From contig NC_043000.1 of the NCBI RefSeq assembly GCF_006345805.1, positions 38,812,001 to 38,876,000 of the forward strand: a DNA stretch of 64,000 nt. Reading direction: 5' to 3'. How positions within the stretch are numbered: the first letter of the stretch is position 1; the number at the start of each line of letters is the position of its first letter. The notes beneath the pieces were generated by a model, which was not told where the DNA came from, did not search any database, and saw only the letters and a program-made list of their open reading frames with translations. Positions 23,539 to 36,691 of the stretch are shown here, piece by piece. This stretch comes from Octopus sinensis (taxonomy: Eukaryota). Both the position numbers and the translations under genes were made by a program.

Positions 23539-24257
23539 ACTTGGTTATTCTGGTCTCCAGGTTCACGTGGACGTGGTTCTCAAATTAGTTTGGGGCTGCC
23601 GCCACCTAGGCCACATTACTAGCGTCTCCATCCCAATAAACCATCACAAATATAGACTTCTTTCTGAAGCAACTTCAAAGGAACTGTATTTCACAAATAA
23701 AACTTAACCTAAGAAAGCCATTATTTTGTTGTTTTTACCTGAATCGCAACTCTATCATCACCCCTCTTTTTACATGAATTGCTACACCATTACCCCCTCA
23801 CTTCTCTTGAACGTCCATTTGGAACTTTCCAGCGCCACCCGGGGAGCAATACCACTGTATTAGAACACAAAGTATTGTGTTGTTTAGATTGAACGAATAT
23901 CTCATACGTGCTCGTGGAGCATAAAAGCACTCGCATGATTTCAACTTGCTACAAGATCCTCAGTAAAAGATTCCAGCAGCGCAATAACAGCCGACTCTCC
24001 CGTCAGCGATATAGAAAATCTCAGTTTCTATTCGGGCACTGGTGGGGGAAAACAGCCAGTGGACTTGATAAAAAAATTATTAATTGCGATTGAAACAGTA
24101 TTAATACCAAAAACCAATCTTGATCTTCAGCTTAAAGTGGAGGTTGCGTACCCTTATCAGATGGGTAGTTATGATGGATATATTGGGCTTCGTATATTTG
24201 TACCCTAGTGTCACTTTGATGGCATGTGCTGCTCTCTCACTCAATAATAATAATAAC

Positions 24258-24314
<57 letters not shown>

Positions 24315-24831
24315 CTGCAAAAACCTGGATTTGCCCCATGAAAAAACTGGTGGGAACACAAACCACCTCCAGTGCTTGAAAATGACCACATCTCACTCCT
24401 CTGGAACTTCCCCATTCAACTGACAGAAAGATAGATGCAAGTAGGCCAGACATCATATTGAAAGACTTCAAACAAAGAATATCCCTCCTCATTGATATGA
24501 CTGTCCCAATCGATATAAACGTATCTGTCAAGACCTACCAAAAACTGACCAAATATAAAGATCTTGAAATAGAAATCAGCAAAATGTGGAACCTGAAGAC
24601 GAAAACAATACCTGTTGTCATAGGTGCCTTGGAATGATAGCAAAAGGGGCTGATTGCTACCTAACAAAGGAGAGGCCGGTCGATTACATCGACCCCAGCG
24701 CTCAACCGGTTCTTGTTTTAGCGACGTCGAAGGAATGAATGGTAGAGTCGATCTATGTGGCATTTCAACTAGGAACGTAAAGACGGACGAAATGCCGCAA
24801 AGCGGTAATGATTCTGCCACCTCACTCCCTT
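23535..24831 (+). repeat. Second copy of 20637-21942, including a frameshifted RLE fragment
   Basis: Direct sequence comparison. Confidence 0.95.
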
Positions 24832-24860
24832 TCTACTGGCAAGAGGCCAAAAATTTTTGG

Positions 24861-25060
24861 AGTGGGGTGAAGTCCATTACATCGATCCCAATGCTCAGCT
24901 GGAATTAATTTCATTGATGCCAAAAAACGATACAGATGCGAATATATTATCAGACCAGAAAACCCCAAATGTTCGCGAAGCGATAAAAGCACCGTATTAT
25001 ATAGTACTGCCATGTCTTCTAGCATATTCCGCTGCGCCAAAGTGTGGCATCTGGCTAACC
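24861..25060. repeat. Right (native) arm of the 200-bp perfect inverted repeat
   Basis: It starts inside a SINE B tail and ends inside an RTE fragment. Both elements continue beyond the arm on this side only. Confidence 0.95.
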
Positions 25061-25365
25061 AACGACTCTACTCAGAAACTGGGATGTGTCCTGTTACATG
25101 TATTAATCAGGAACGCCCGCTCACGCTGTTTGTTGCCTCGAGTAGCACTTTGCGCTATCATGTTCTCTTCACTGAAGATCCGGTTGGGTTGACGGCTCGA
25201 GTTGGTCGATGACATGCCACATGGTCACGACAGATAAAGAAGCATCTCGTAGATATGGAGACTGACTATAACTCTGCTCGACGGGTCGCTCAGGATGACC
25301 TGGGAATAGACCGACAAACAGTGTATGCAGAAACTCTCTGCAATAGCGCATGCCCCCCCACTACC
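25010..25365 (+). mobile_element. RTE-clade LINE, RT C-terminal fragment
   Basis: LANQRLYSETGMCPVTCINQERPLTLF..EDPVGLTARVGR*HATWSRQIKKHLVDM..ARRVAQD resembles the RTE ending SNxRLLRETGM..RxRQLRL..GRPRxTW. Confidence 0.65.
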
Positions 25366-25762
25366 AACATAAATAATACGAAGTTTCAAATGTCTTACTA
25401 ATTTGGCTCAAGCTATTTGGCTCCAAACGTTAGAACGCATGTCATTGTTCAGAAAACAGAAGAAATTGCCTTGCCATTATGCCGCGGAATATTCTTCAGA
25501 TGTTTTCAACTCAACTACTTTCAATTTTACACTAAATTCCTTGCTTGTCTTTCTCAAGTTGGTATTGTAATTGTTAATTACCGTAGAGAATTGTATTTTA
25601 ACCCGTTTAGGTATTTATACTGCTTTGATTCCTTATCACGGATAGATTGGTTAATAATTGTATTTTTATATTAAATTTATCCGGATGGCATAAAATCAAC
25701 AGGAATATAACGGAATGGATTTACAGTTTTAGGCTATTTTCAATCTCTCTCTCCCTCTCCCC

Positions 25763-25803
<41 letters not shown>

Positions 25804-26330
25804 CTTAGCTATGAATTAATATTTTCATTAAGTTGACTTTGTTTCTCATCTCCCAAGGTTTGAGATTAAGAGATTAACATTCAATAAGTTACTGGACAAA
25901 TTCAGCTTGCTCCCCTTTCTCTTCAGAAACTCTGACTTGCGACTCATCTCATAAAATCAACATTATTCGTCACTAATTACCTTCATCCAATTAATGATGC
26001 AGGCGATAGATATGACCTAATGTGCTTTAGCTTTACAAACATCCCCGCACACCTACCCACATATACATATGTCTATACAAATGCATATAAATCTATATAT
26101 GTATGTATGTTTGTATGTATATATATATATATATATATTATATATATTATATATATAGATAAATAGATAGATATAGATATATATATACACATACATACAT
26201 ACATACATCATACACATATACATATAGAGATGGATAGATTCATACAAATATGTGTGTGTGTGCAAGCATGTGTGTGTATGTGTGTGTGTGCAATGTAAAG
26301 GTATACATGAGGGTAGAGGTCCTTTATACA

Positions 26331-26554
26331 CAGTAATCCCTCGCCATATCACGGTTCACCCATTGCTGTTTATTATTTAAGCTTACGTTGATTCCTTCGT
26401 GGTGTTGTTTTGCATTTATAATAAAATAAATATAAACAAATTGTAAAAATAATAATAGAAAAAAAATATTATACAGTACTGTTTGTACTTCGCGGATTTT
26501 CACCTATCGCGAAGATGTTATTGAACGTATCACCCGCAATAGGCGATGGATTAC

Positions 26555-26556
<2 letters not shown>
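26331..26556 (+). mobile_element. pogo/Tigger-like MITE
   Basis: TIRs CAGTAATCCCTCGCCATAT and AGGCGATGGATTACTG. Related copies lie at 36977-37190 and 58136-58357. Confidence 0.75.
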
Positions 26557-26596
<40 letters not shown>

Positions 26597-26601
<5 letters not shown>

Positions 26602-27540
26602 CAACATTTACTCTTTCTTTCATGATGATATGTTGATCTCCTGGCACAAACACATCAATCAGTAGCCACTCTTGTTTGTCCCTCCTAAATGTTACTATAT
26701 CCCGCCTTCGATGTTCTAATATCTTGTCCGTCTGGAAATCAAAGTCGCAGAGGATTTTTGCTTTCCCCTTTTTGTCCAGTACCTTTTCCGGTGTATGTTG
26801 GTACCAAGCACCCGTAACCTCACATCAATACTTGCGGCATAGTAGCCAGTGGAGGTTTGGGGCTACCATGTCGTGTTTACGCTTGTACTCTTTCTGCGCA
26901 AGACTTTCTCAAGCACTAACAATGTGCATCACACTTTCGACCCTCTTCCAACACATTCTGCAGTGGTCCGTTGCACTTGTGTGGTATATATACTTTTCAC
27001 TGAGTTGGTATTCAAAGTCTGGCGGCCCTGCGTAGTGATGATTACGCTTCCAATATTCCAATATTCTGTTTTAGGTCACCCTTGTCGAGCCATCTCCATG
27101 ATGGTCTTTTAATTTGTTGGTTTCACGGTGGAATCGGCCATGCAATTCCATGCGGAATAAGGTTTCTTCTCTCTCGTTGGCTGCTCTTGATTGGAATTCA
27201 TGAGAACTCTCAAGTCCATTTCTGTTAAACCCTTCTGCATTAGCAGCATATTGTAGCAGGTCTTGCTTGCTGTTTACCAAATATTCTGCCACATTCCTTC
27301 TTTCAATGTTGATGCACTCCCATACCCTAATCAGCCCACGTCCACCCTTACCACTCTTCATGTAGATCCTGTGAGCATTCGACTTAGCCTGGGGGGCACC
27401 ATGTATTTTCATTGTCTTTCCGCTAGTGCGATTGAATCGGTCAATCTTCGCTTGTGTCCATTTCAGGATGGGTGCACTATAGCAGACTACAGCAACAGCT
27501 CACATGTTGATGGCAGTCATTCATTTCTTTGTGCAAGATA
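26597..27540 (-). mobile_element. R4/Dong-clade non-LTR fragment (RT C-terminus through RLE), pseudogenised
   Basis: AINM*AVAVVCYSAPILKWTQAKIDRFNRTSGKTMKIHGAPQAKSNAHRIYMKSGKGGRGLI..LHGRFH..GDQHIIMKERVNVDKY. The 5' end abuts (AAT)n(AAG)n on the sense strand. Confidence 0.85.
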
Positions 27541-27542
27541 TT

Positions 27543-27606
<64 letters not shown>

Positions 27607-27748
27607 TATTAAAACTGAAGCTGATATTTTGTCACGCACTCGAGTTCCAGCCCAAAGCGACCTTCTGCTGAAAATGTTACGATCTGTATTTCTGGAGTGT
27701 GTGCGTATATACATACATATATATATATGTATATATATATAATATATA

Positions 27749-27796
<48 letters not shown>

Positions 27797-28092
27797 ATAT
27801 ATATTATATATATATATATAATATATATGTATAAATATATATATACGACATACAAAGGTACATGAAGCCCAGTTACAACTACAGCCGCCCATTACCAGTA
27901 AAGGTTTTAGTTGCCAATTTGTACAAGACATCGTAGATCTTTAGCTGGGCCAGTAACAGCACCAGTAACAGTTAAGATAACGAGGGGGCAGCCATAATAA
28001 TGTGTATATATATAGAATACAAAATGGGACAAGAACGCAAAACATCCAGATAGGCGATACAAAAGAGCAAGGACGATACAAGACGATGTATG

Positions 28093-28242
<150 letters not shown>

Positions 28243-28252
28243 CATATATATA

Positions 28253-28304
<52 letters not shown>

Positions 28305-28358
28305 TGGTGTATGTGGGCGGTCTTGTTCTTGTGTTTATTGTTTGTTTTTCATTGGTAG

Positions 28359-28433
28359 TATGACTTATCTCTGTGGCACGCTGTCTGCATTTCTTGCAAT
28401 CTTATTTACTGGAGTGTTTTTAATGTGTTTCTG
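28359..28433 (+). other. Candidate 75-nt exon
   Basis: T-rich tract ending TTTTTCATTGGTAG, donor CTG|GTAAGT, length divisible by 3, and two stop-free frames. No homologue recognised. Confidence 0.3.
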
Positions 28434-28466
28434 GTAAGTTCGTGGGTGGGTTATAGGTGATTTTGT

Positions 28467-28497
<31 letters not shown>

Positions 28498-28879
28498 TAG
28501 AATTTTAGTTTGTGTTTTGGTATATATAGGGATTTTCTATTGAATGCTTTGAGCGGTAATATTTCAAAACCGTTTGTATGGGAAAGTAATTAAAGGTGTT
28601 TTCTATTGGTTCAATTTGAAATGAATGGGGCTTATCACAGCTATGCGATGTTTATATATCTGTGCTTGAAAATCAGCTCTTTTTAGATATTTTCAATACA
28701 TGACTGTTTCCGTTTGTAGGTATGTCTGTGCGCGTGTGTGTAATGATGTTTATTTATATAATCATATATATATATATGCAGAGAGAGAGGGGGGAGGGAG
28801 AAATAGAGAGATTATATATATATGTATGTGTGTATTTATGTGAGGTATGTATGTGTATATATATATATGTATGTATGTT

Positions 28880-29040
28880 TGTATGTAGGTGTGTGGTGAG
28901 AAACTTGCTTTCCAACCACATGTTTCAGGGTTTCGTCCCACTGCGCGGCACCTTGGGCGACTTTCTCCTTTAGCCTCGGGCCGACCAAGCCTCGTGAGTG
29001 GATCTCGTAGACAGAAACTGGAAGACTGGAAGAAGCCCGT

Positions 29041-29121
<81 letters not shown>

Positions 29122-29270
29122 AGTATGTATGTATCTAAGTATATGTATCTTTGCGTCTGTATTTGTCCCCCAGCACCGATTAGAACCGGTGTTGCTGTTT
29201 ATGCTCCTGTAAACTCGCGGCTCGGCAAAAGAGATCGATAGATTATGTTCTTGGATCTATTTGCTAGTCA
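28880..29270 (+). mobile_element. SINE family A
   Basis: GTGTGGTGAGAAACTTGCTTTCCAACCACATG...CCCACTGCGCGGCACCTTGGGCGA...GTCAAATGACTGAAAC. Confidence 0.8.
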
Positions 29271-30439
29271 AATGACTGAAACAAATACATGATGAAACAT
29301 AAAAGATGTATGTATGCTCAAGCGTATAGTTTACCCATCCTGCATCACATGTGTAAAGCCATTCCTTGTGGGCTTTGAGTGAAATACAGAAATACATTAC
29401 ATTTTTGGCAGGAATCTCTTGACTCAAATATTCTTGTGCTGTTTTTGAAAAAAGTTTGGCTATTATTATTGATTTTATATCGGCATTCGAGATATGTTCC
29501 TGGCATGATAGATTGAAATGATCTGTAATTAGACGATCATAAATCTTATTCGATTTCGACCCGAGAAACTCCCTTAGCGTAATTTAATTACCAGAGAAAG
29601 ACCTCTACCACCGAGCATAATCCCATTTCCTACAGAAGGCAGAAGAAATCACTTTGAAAAATAGCAGCTAAAAGAAATCAATGCAAAGTTCTTAGTAAAT
29701 ATCTGAATAAGAATTTAGGGGAAGGGTACGATAACTGAGGTAGGTCAAAGAAAATAACTTTAACATAAAACGACAGTAAAATCTTATCTATAATAAATTT
29801 TTGGATTCGTTATTCTGTAAACTCTTCTCTTTCATCCGTCTCAATTACTTCGCCAATTTAAATTACTAACAAGTCACAGCTTTGATTTCTGATAATGATA
29901 ATGATATCTCCTCTTGATCGGGAGATACACGTAATGAGACTAGTTAGTGAAATGTATAGTAACGCTAGTTAACTCACAGCAGCTCAAGATAAAAAAAAAT
30001 GACAGTGATTGTAATTAGCACAAATTTACTCAACGAAATATTGAATGACTTTGATACTAGTTACTACAGCTACTCACTGAAAAACAAAGTGATTCTAGTT
30101 TAGTTCGTATACGACAGTTTAAAGAAACATAGAGTGACTTTAATTAGAACAAGTCACCTCTATAAGGAAATGTAGAGCGACTCCTGTTAACACAGTTAAC
30201 GAATTTATCTGACAAACCAATATATAGTGATATTAATTAGCTGCTCACTCAATCCAACCACCTTTCTTGAAAAAGGAAAAGAACGCTGTAGGTGGTTCCT
30301 ATACCCGTAAGCCTGCTCACAGCAGAACAGCGGAATTCGATGAAGTGAAAGACAAAAACAGAGAGAGTGGTGAGGCGAGTATATCAGCGTCAGTATAAAA
30401 TTGCTAGAGTATGGTATATGTTGACATCACACGGCAACT

Positions 30440-30755
30440 GACACTCCGTCTGTTGCGACGATGATGGTCCCAGTTAGTCGGTTCAACGGAACAGCCTGCT
30501 TGTGAAATTAACGTGCAAGTGGCTGAGCAAACCACATACGCAGGTACCCTTTATACTCTCTCTTTTACTCTTTTACTTGTTTCAGTCATTTGACTGCGGC
30601 CATGCTGGAGCACCGCCTTTAGTCGAGCAAATCGACCCCGGGACTTATTCTTTGTAAGCCAGTACTTATTCTATCGGTCTCTTTTTGCCGAACCGCTAAG
30701 TGACGGGGACGTAAACACACCAGCATCGGTTGTCAAGACACACAAACACACACAT

Positions 30756-30786
<31 letters not shown>

Positions 30787-31135
30787 CGACAGGCTTCTTT
30801 CAGTTTCCGTCTACCAAATCCACTCACAAGGCATTGGTCGGCCCGGGGCTATAGCAGAAGACACTTGCCCAAGATGCCACGCAGTGGGACTGAACCCGGA
30901 ACCATGTGGTTGGTTAGCAAGCTAATTACCACACAGCCAAAGAAATTCAGCGTAACACAGAACCTGACAAGGCTGACCTTTTGAAATACAGGCTCAACTA
31001 TTTTTTTTCTCCAGCTGTGTGAACTGGAGCAAAGTGAAATAAAGTGTCTTGCTCAAGAACACAACACGCCGTGAAGTATCGATCTTTCAAACTTACGATC
31101 GTGAGCCGAATACCCTAACTACATACCCATGCGCC
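30440..31135 (-). mobile_element. SINE family C, split by a nested family A insertion
   Basis: The family C consensus (GTACCCTT...ATTCAGCGT.ACACAG) is interrupted at 30556-30938. The tRNA-like head lies at about 31040-31135. Confidence 0.8.
30556..30938 (-). mobile_element. SINE family A, near-complete young-looking copy
   Basis: GACTGCGGCCATGCTGGAGCACCGCCTTTAGTCGAGCAAATCGACCCCGGGAC...GCAGTGGGACTGAACCCGGAACCATGTGGTTGG. Pol III B-box GGTTCAGTCCC on the minus strand. Confidence 0.9.
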
Positions 31136-31149
31136 ATCACATATATTCT

Positions 31150-31525
31150 TTTCTACTCTAGACACAAGGCCCGAAATTTTGGGTGAGGGGCCAGTCGATT
31201 AGATCGACCCAAGTACGCAACTGGTACTTAATTTAAAGCAAATTCGACCTCGGCGGAATTTGAACTCAGAACGTAAAGACAGCCGAAATACCTATTTCTT
31301 TACTACCCTCAAGGGACTAAAGACAAAGAGGACAAACAAGGACAGACAAAGGGATTAAGTCGATTATATCGATCCCAGCGCGTAACTGGTACTTATTTAA
31401 TCGACCCCGAAAGGATGAAAGGCAAAGTCGACCTTGGGGGAATTTGAACTCAGAACGTAGCGGCAGACAAAATACCGCAAAGCATTTCGCCCGGCGTGCC
31501 AACGTTTCTGCCAGCTCTCGGCGCC
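31150..31525 (-). mobile_element. SINE family B dimer
   Basis: Two GACCT.GG.GGAATTTGAACTCAGAACGT units joined at GAAATAC|CTATTTCTTT. Confidence 0.85.
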
Positions 31526-31939
31526 TCGCACCTTCACATATATTGATATACTGAAAGGCTAAAAAGTTGAGTAGACAACTTTGGGGAGTCTCCTTATCAG
31601 AATAAATCCTGCAAGACATTTGGCCGAGGTTCCAACAACTTTGCCAAGGGACCGTCTTCAAGTCTAATTCAATCGAAACAAGAATAAACAATCGTTTGTA
31701 GTGGTCAACGTGACGCGTTTCCTGGGTAACTCGATCACTTGGCATTTGAGTAATTTGCGAAGTGCCTCCTTCGATGTAAACACTTCAATCACGTCTCTGA
31801 ATTGTTCCACCCAGTCTTGGGAGTTTTCTAAAAATGGTCAAGGCTGATGTTCATCGTTCTCTGCTGAAACCATAACGAAACAAAAGATCTAAACCAACTC
31901 TCAACATTCAGTAAAAGCAATCTGGAGGGGTTTCTTTCC

Positions 31940-32141
31940 TTTATTCAATTAAGTCATTAGACTGCGGCCAAGAATTTTAGTCGAATGACTCGCCCCCAGT
32001 ACTAATTTTTGTTAAAGCCTCGTACATATTCTATCGGATTCTTTAGCCGAACCGCTAAGTTACGGTGACTTAAACACACCAACACTGGCAGCGAAGCGGT
32101 GGAGATGGAGAAATACAGGTACAAAGGCACACATAGTTTTT

Positions 32142-32191
<50 letters not shown>

Positions 32192-32375
32192 TATATATAT
32201 ACACGCACACACATACACACACACATACACATACGACGATACGACACATTTTCATCTACACGTTTTCAGTTTTCATCTACCAAATCCACTCACAAGACTT
32301 TTGTCGGCCCGAAGTCACTTGCACAAGGTGACACGCAGTGGGACGGAACTCAGAAGGTTGTGATTGGGAAACAAA
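31940..32375 (-). mobile_element. SINE family A
   Basis: AGTCATTAGACTGCGGCC...GCCGAACCGCTAAGTTACG...CCAAATCCACTCACAAG...CACGCAGTGGGAC. Confidence 0.8.
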
Positions 32376-33149
32376 CTAATTATCTAAATTAATATTCTTG
32401 ATCTTTTATTGAGATTTCCATGATAAATTACATATAGCAAATAAATCATTTTCCTTTATAGTCTGTTTTAAATAATTACATTTGAGGAAAGCTGAACAGA
32501 TACTGAAACTAATTTTGAAATGAATAAAAATTATTTTAAGTAGAAAGAGCGATTTGTTTGATTGAAGTATAAATCAAATCAGCTAAAGAAAGCAACGCTT
32601 ACGTCATCTGCCATAGTTTCGTATAACAGTAGCAATCATTAATAAGTAGTCGGACTATTTTGAAATTATTGTCCAAGAGTATAGAATTACGGCATTCTTC
32701 TAAGCTACAATACATTGTAATTTATTCCATTGCCATATTCTCAATGTGTGAATGCCAAATCAAGTAATATGGTATTTGCTTTTTATTTCAGTGAAAGAAT
32801 TTTTTATATTGAAGATATTACAAACGTATATCTTTGTATACGATCAAAGAGCGATTAGAATAAATGGCTGTACTGGCAGCAGAAGAGGTTTTCTGTAGAA
32901 TAAATGATAACAGGATTAGATAACAAGGACATCGATCAGTTCGATTTTATGCATATATGCCATATATTGGACTAATAATTTAATCTGGATTGATGTCAAA
33001 TCAGATTTTTCTTTTGTTATTAAAAACTATTACAAATGATATATATTTGAGAAAGAACATCATTGGTGTTCTCTGATTTGGATATTGGAAATCGCAAGTA
33101 ATCGAAGACGCATATGTATTTATGTTCGTATATGCATAATGTTAATGTT

Positions 33150-33217
<68 letters not shown>

Positions 33218-33375
33218 TGTATATATGTATGTATACACTCCGACACACACACATAGTGTTGACATAATATTTCCAAAAATAACATGTGTATATATACATA
33301 TATACCTACAACATATGTGTGTATGTACACTCACTTTTGTATGTGTGCATGTATACATTAAGACAAACACGCATG

Positions 33376-33407
<32 letters not shown>

Positions 33408-33810
33408 TACATACACACACACATATCATGAAATTATTAAATTCAAGGAACTTAAAATATATTAAGGCATAGATATTTCTATAATATATATATTTCTATT
33501 CTTTGAAAACCATCTTTATATTGAGTATGCCTTCACTTATACTGAATGTATTTTTTTACATTATATATATATACATATATATATATAATTTTAATCCAAC
33601 GGGAACAAAAAAACAACAACAATGGAACAATTAGTATATTATTAATAGCTCAGAAAAGGAAGCAGGGGGTTATAATATATATGTATATATATAAATGTAT
33701 TTATTATGTGTATATATATATAGATATATATATACATCATGTATGTATATACATATATATATACACACATATATATATATATATAATATATATATATATA
33801 TACATACATG

Positions 33811-33851
<41 letters not shown>

Positions 33852-33855
33852 ATAT

Positions 33856-33899
<44 letters not shown>

Positions 33900-34514
33900 C
33901 ATATATATATATATGCAAGTGGAGGGTGTATGCGCATGTATGTATCTATATCTATTTTTAATATATGTATGTAAGCGTACGTATGCACGTGTTTGTACAA
34001 ACAGCTCTTCTTTTAGAAATGCATGAAAACTAACTCAGTGATTTAATGCTATTTCATCAAGTTTTTGTAATACTTTTATACCTTCATAAGAATTCGTTGC
34101 TCTGTATTTGAAACAATAAACTTCTTATATCCAGCATCAACCTATGCTGATCTTCGTAGTCTCATCTACAGCTCGAAGTGTTTCTGGCGTCTGGCTTACT
34201 GTCCCTTCGGTAATGTTGTAGTCATTTGCGGCTGAACTTGAATATTAAGACTCATTCATCTATAACAGATGTTTAGTCCTATTTGTGGTTAATATGGTTG
34301 TGTAAGTGTTTACTGCCCCGCTGCAGTGTGTTACAGCTGTTGCTTCCATCACTAATCGTTTATTTTTGTGAAGAATTTTCCAGAGTATAAATGCGTTATT
34401 CATAAACATTATGCTACTTAGAGTTGTTTTCTTACTGTGTATAGCAAGTGCTTCATATTGTAAGTGTATAAGGAGTCAGGTTGAGAACATCACATTTTGT
34501 TCAATTTAACAGAT

Positions 34515-34929
34515 ATAAGAATTTTGAAAGAAGGCGGGGGGGGGGGGGGCTAGTCGATTATATCAACCCCAGTGCGTAACTGGTACTTATTTCATAGATC
34601 TCGAAGATGAGAGGCAAAGTCGACCTCGGCGGAATTTGAACTCAGAATATAGCAGCAGACGAAATACCGCTAAGTATTTCGCCCGGTGTGCTAACGATTC
34701 TGCCGGATCACCGCCTGCTGTATCCAATCAATAATTATTTCTACTCTAGGTACAAGGCCTTGAACATTTTGGGGGAAGAGAGATAGTCTATTATACTGAC
34801 CCCAGTGCGATCTAGTGCTTCTTTCAACGACCCCGAAAGGCTGGAAGGCAAAGTCGACTTCGGCGGAATTTGAACTCAGAACGTAGCGGCAGACGAAATA
34901 CCGCTAACGATTCTGTCAGTTGGCCGCCT
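34515..34929 (-). mobile_element. SINE family B dimer
   Basis: Two GGCAAAGTCGAC.TCGGCGGAATTTGAACTCAGAA units. Confidence 0.85.
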
Positions 34930-35139
34930 TCTGTATCCAATTCCTGTCTTTATATATGGTTTATTTATGAAGATTAAAATATCAACAATAAAAGTAACGT
35001 ATCTTCAACAGAGTCCACTTCGTTATTTGTTCCATATTTTCTTCACATTTCAATATCGTTCAAATATTTATTGGTAAATTACTGACACTGGAAACGACTT
35101 CATTACTGAGAATTATTTATTTTTTCTCGATTCTTTTGG

Positions 35140-35590
35140 ACGTTTTTCCACTTGTTTCAGTCGTTAGAGTGAGGCCATGCAGGGGCGCTGCCTTGAAGAA
35201 TTTTCGTCGAGCGGAATACACCCCAGTATTTATTATGTTCTTAAATCTAGTAGTTATTGTATTGGTCCCTTTTGCCGAACCCTAATTTACGAGAGCATAA
35301 ACACACCAACACCTTTTGTCAAGCAGTTGGGACACACACACACACACACACACACACGCACGCATACGCACGCACACACACACACACACACGCATGCACA
35401 CACACACACACACTCACACACACACACGCACGCACACACACACGCACATATGTATATTAATACGACGGACTTCTTTCAACTTCTGTCTACCAAATCCACT
35501 CTCAGAGCTTTGGTCGGCCCGATGCTGTAGTAGAAGACATACGCCCAAGGTGCCATGCAGTGGGTGTGAATCCAGAACCTATGAGAACAA
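35140..35590 (-). mobile_element. SINE family A with internal (CA)n
   Basis: CACTTGTTTCAGTC...GCCATGCAGGGGCGC...CTACCAAATCCACTC...GTGCCATGCAGTGGG. Confidence 0.8.
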
Positions 35591-36429
35591 CCAATGCTAA
35601 CTTTTATTGCTAATCCAATTGGATTATGATGTTTCACCCAACTTGACAGAACCTTGCAATCTGACCATTACAAGCATCACATATATATTGGATAGTTGCA
35701 CTCCCGTATTACTGAGGCTAAGGTCAAACGGCACGCCAAAGATAACAACCGAACTTCCCTCAAATCACACTCTTTTGCCTTAGAAATGGAAAGAAAGTAT
35801 TAAATAAATCGATAAATCCTACATAGACATGGAAAGACAGGATAGTCACGGTTGAAATGCCAATGAGGATACGTTATCTTAATCAGAGATGATTCGCGGT
35901 TAACAACAATGGCGATGCCCTGTAACAATAATAAAACACGTCATCTTTGGCTCATCGACCTTTTGTAAAGTAGATAAAATGAGGCAGTACAACTCACCGA
36001 ATAATTGAAAACAATTCACTGGTGATATTAATCAGTGAGGAATAATGGTTTTACTGGTATTCCATTTATACGACCAGTGTGTCCTGAATGATCGCCATAA
36101 AGTTTATCTGAAACATACAGAAAGAGTAAACAATCAATAACATTCATCAACAAATACTGTTTTTTTTTTCTTTTCCATGAATTTATAACAAAATCTAATT
36201 AAAATGTATTTCATTATAAACAGGCAGGAACAAATTAATTAGTGTTGATTCATTCAGCTTAGTGTAGTATTGGTAATTTAGGAGAAAATATCTCGTCGGG
36301 TGTAAGCTGAGATAAAACATGGCGGAATTTTGATCGGAACATATTTAAAAAGTAAAACGGGCATATGGCGTTGTGGTTAAGAGCACGAGCTAGTAACCAC
36401 AACATTCCAACTTCGATTTCAGGCAGTGA

Positions 36430-36433
<4 letters not shown>

Positions 36434-36477
<44 letters not shown>

Positions 36478-36483
36478 TGATGG

Positions 36484-36554
<71 letters not shown>

Positions 36555-36584
36555 ATGATGATGATGATGATGATGATGATAATG

Positions 36585-36636
<52 letters not shown>

Positions 36637-36691
36637 TAATAACAATAATAATAATAATAATAAATAATGATAATAATAATAATAATAATGA
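36434..36691 (+). repeat. Compound (AAT)n(GAT)n(AAT)n microsatellite following a short tRNA-like SINE head at about 36360-36433
   Basis: Direct reading. The head is TGGCGTTGTGGTTAAGAGC...ACTTCGATTTC. Confidence 0.9.

Noticed and set aside
36360-36433. tRNA gene
   Set aside because: It has A/B-box-like motifs but no complete cloverleaf. Like the other heads in the window, it is a SINE head.
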